The notes beneath the pieces are model-generated. The model was not told where the DNA came from and searched no databases. It worked only from the letters and a program-made list of their open reading frames with translations. A DNA stretch of 64,000 nucleotides from Emiliania huxleyi CCMP1516. Taxonomy: Eukaryota. Numbering within the stretch: position 1 is the stretch's first letter; every line of letters starts with the position of its first letter. Location: positions 378,594-442,593 of the forward strand of contig NW_005201551.1 of assembly GCF_000372725.1 (NCBI RefSeq), given 5' to 3'. A program made the translations under genes and the position numbers. Of the stretch, positions 61,101 to 64,000 are shown in pieces.

Positions 61101-62397
61101 CGGCGCGTGTTGCGTCAACGCCGCCGTCGGCGTCGCCTTTCTGCTGCAGGACGCGGCGCCTCTGTTCACACCTCTGCTTCACACCTCCTCTTCACACCTC
61201 CTCTTCACACCTCTGCTGCAGGACGCGGCGCCTCTGTCGCCCGGCGGCCGGCGAACCGCGATGACTATCCTCGCGGCCCTCGTCGCGCTGGCGCGGCTGC
61301 TGCGCTCTCGAGCTTCTCTCGGAGATCGCCCCGGAGATCGCGCGAGATCGCCCGAGATTAGGCGCAGCTGCTGCTCGAGCCGGCCTTGTTCGGCCTCGCC
61401 ACGTGCTCTCCCCGCGGCAGCGCCACGCAGGCGAGGATCTCCCGAGATCGCCCGAGATCGCCCGAGATCGCCCGAGGTCACCGGAGATCACCGGAGATGA
61501 GGCAGTGCCACGCAGGCGATGATGGTGGGGAACGCGTCCGCCGGCGTCGTCGTCGTCGCGGCCAGCGCGCTCACGCGCCTCGCGGCGGGTGGCGCGGCGC
61601 CGTCTGGCGCGCAGCTCGGCATCGCTGCGCGCGCCTTCTTCGGCCTGCAGGTGGCGTCGAGCGCCGCGTCGTGCGCGCTCTACCTCGTGGCGCTGCGCCG
61701 CTCGCCGCGCCTCCTCGCCGCTGCCCGAGGAGCGGGGCGACGAGGAGCCGCCTCGAGCGCCTCTGCGATTGGCTCGCCGCTGCTGACGCCGGACGTGGCG
61801 CGCGGCGCGGGCGAGGCGCCGCCACGCTCGGGGTGGCGAGAGAGGGGCGCTGCGGTGCGCGCCGCGGCAGGCGCGGTCTGGCTGCCGGCGGCTTGCCAGG
61901 CGCTCTGCTTTGGCACCACGCTCGCCGCTTGGCCGAGCATCCCCGGCGCCGCGTGCGTCGAGGGCGGCCTCGCACGCTTGGGCCAGGGCTGGTGGTTCAC
62001 GCTCGTGGTGCTCGTGTACAACGTCGTCGACTTCGCCGCCCGGCTGCACCTCCCCCTCCTGCAGCGGCTCGCCGCCCGCGCTCGCCCGCGCTCTTGCCTC
62101 GCTGCGTGCGCCGCCCGCACGCTGCTGGTGCCGCTCATCTACGCGTGCGTCCGCCCGCGCCTTGTCCACGGCATGGGCGGCAACGTCGTCTTGCTGCTCG
62201 CCACGGCGCTGCTCGCGCTGAGCAACGGCGTCCTCGCCACCGCGTCGATGATGCAGGTCGCGCGACTCGCGCCGGAGGAGCTGAGGGAGGAGGGGGTCGA
62301 CGTCGCCGTCGCGGGAGTCTACTTCGGACTCGCGGCGGGCGCGACCGTCAGCTGGGCGGTGGGGCGGGCGATGCAGCTGCCGCTCGCGTGTGGGTGA
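58116..62397 (+). CDS. PfkB-family carbohydrate/nucleoside kinase fused to an equilibrative nucleoside transporter (ENT/SLC29-like); multi-exon
   Basis: PfkB motifs ILVVGDSFCDV, PGGAALNVA, GIGRDAFG, PTGVC, FTPNELEA, VVITRGRDGA and DAVGAGDAF. After GC-AG intron 60477-60538 the frame continues into ENT motifs: FALLWLGGTWPYQSILQAQAYY, EPALFGLA..TQAMMVGNASAG, TTLAAWP, YNVVDFAAR, LSNGVLAT..M and GLAAGA..SW. Confidence 0.8.
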
Positions 62398-63824
62398 GTG
62401 TACGGCTGTGTAGTGGAAGGTAAAGCCGTAGCAGATTTGCATTTGGGGGGATTAGAGCATAGAGGGGATCCGATGTGACTCGTGTGAGATCAGGTACGTC
62501 AGTATGAATTACAATTGGAGTGTAAGAGAAAAGAGCAACAGCAAGGTCGAAAACCGAGGAGTGCACAGGTGAGTGCTCGCGCGGAGCCACCGGTGTTCTG
62601 ACTATTTTTACACACACGCCCACTCCGTCAGGGGCGCGGGCGGCGACCGGCCGACCCCCGTCCCCCCCATCTACAGATGATATGCGCATTCTAGATGCCA
62701 AACGCCACAATCTAGGATGCGTTTTCCATCTAAAGACACCGGGTGTCTCCACTATGATTCCGTTCTCCAAGAAGATTTAATCATCTTTAGAGAGCGGGCG
62801 AACCACTGATCGAGTACTAGCTTCCGCACGGGCTAGTTCCATTTCACTCTGACACGCTAATCTTGAAAACGTCCAACGGAGCTCCGTGTTGCTCCCAGCG
62901 CCCTCCCCCGCGCTTCCTGCGGCCATGGCCGATGATACTAGTATGAGAGGTCATCTGGCTACCGCGAGCGCGACTCAACTCGTCGACATCGTCCGATGAT
63001 TGTGCCTCAAAGTCAGCCTCCGGAGGCTATCGTGGGGTCGAGCCGGCAGTAGCCGTGACATGTGGTTCCACCACCCCTCGTATGCTTTGCCTCTGACCGC
63101 CACCGTTCCCAGGCTGCCAAATGGGATGGAAAGGAAGGCTCGGCGAGCGTATAGAAGCGTGCTCGACCTCGTCGTGGCAGCCTGCACGGCAGCGCTGGTA
63201 GGCGCGATGAGCGTCGTGCCACCTGACCCGAGACGGGTCGCAGGCGTCGTACCGAGCGCGTCGAGACCGTGTCCTGATGTGATCTGCACGGGTGAGTCAC
63301 GTCGGCGTCAAAGGAGCGACGTGCGACCTGTCAGAGCTTGAATCTCCGATCTCAGCGGCGTCGAGTCGTCTCCGGCGCGCGACAAAGGTACATCCCCAGG
63401 ACGCACAGAGGCAGCTGAGATTGGAGATCAAGCTCTGACAGGTCGCACGTCGCTCATTTGACGCTGACGTGNNNNNNNNNNNNNNNNNNNNNNNNNNNNN
63501 NNNNNNNNNNNNNNNNNNNNNNNNNNNNNNNNNNNNNNNNNNNNNNNNNNNNNNNNNNNNNNNNNNNNNNNCCCGCGTTACCGTCCACTCGGCGGGGTCG
63601 CAGCTGCCTCTGGAAGGCACCGAGATGTACCTTTTTCGCGCAATGGTCAAAATCAAGGTTTTGTAACGCGAGCTGTGCCACAGTGAAATGGAACTAGCCA
63701 CGGCGCCTTCTACGCACTCTGTCAGCCGTCCCCGCGTGAGGTGCGCCTCCGGCCTCAGGCCCTCTGCGCTCTCTGCCCACAGCACAGCCCGTTCGAGAAC
63801 CCCAGGCCTCAGGCAGTGCCCCAA

Positions 63825-63900
63825 CCCCCATCCATCTCGACTGTCTCTCGGTTGTGTGTCTCTCGCCCAACCCAGCCCCTACCCCCACCTCTCGCCCGCC
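63825..63900 (-). repeat. Diverged copy of the HET-LRR 3' flank
   Basis: CGACTGTCTCTCG..TGTGTCTCTCGCCCAACC..CCC resembles 7666-7710 (CGACTGTCTCCCGTGTGTCTTTCGCCCAACCAGACCC). Confidence 0.5.
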
Positions 63901-64000
63901 CTCTCGCCCGCTCCCTCTCGCCACACTTCCCTCTCGCCCGCCGCGGCGCGCTCCTCTCCCACGTGCGCCTATAGAACCCCCCAACCCCCCATCCCCCCCC

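Noticed and set aside
62900..63700. Short ORFs around the last gap
   Set aside because: No recognisable motifs, and the region is interrupted by Ns.

Overview
This is eukaryotic, very GC-rich, intron-rich DNA with four assembly gaps. Frequent GC-AG introns and 10-11 bp intronic tandem repeats suggest a haptophyte such as Emiliania/Gephyrocapsa huxleyi (inference). Genes: a 5'-partial ankyrin/U-box protein, a coilin-like protein, three dispersed paralogues of a HET-like domain + RI-type LRR protein (probably a fourth just beyond the right edge), a predicted plastid-targeted protein, a DnaJ-TPR co-chaperone, a DDHD phospholipase with a PH-like domain, a Ser/Thr kinase + EF-hand + four cNMP-binding-domain protein, a hypothetical minus-strand gene, and what splices into one PfkB kinase-equilibrative nucleoside transporter fusion. 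Mobile DNA: a hAT-like MITE, three copies of a ~900 bp TIR element with 8-bp TSDs, a foldback element with 491-bp arms, a Kolobok-like element, several 5'-truncated CRE-like (RLE) retrotransposon fragments, an L1-like zinc-finger remnant and a microsatellite-anchored SINE-like element. Top findings: (1) introns built from a copy of the adjacent exon edge plus a stereotyped filler, sometimes amplified into CRISPR-looking arrays; (2) the HET-LRR family with localized hypervariability, LRR copy-number change and swapped N-termini; (3) the PfkB-ENT fusion; (4) the kinase combining Ca2+- and cNMP-binding domains. Exon boundaries were read by eye and need RNA-seq confirmation.
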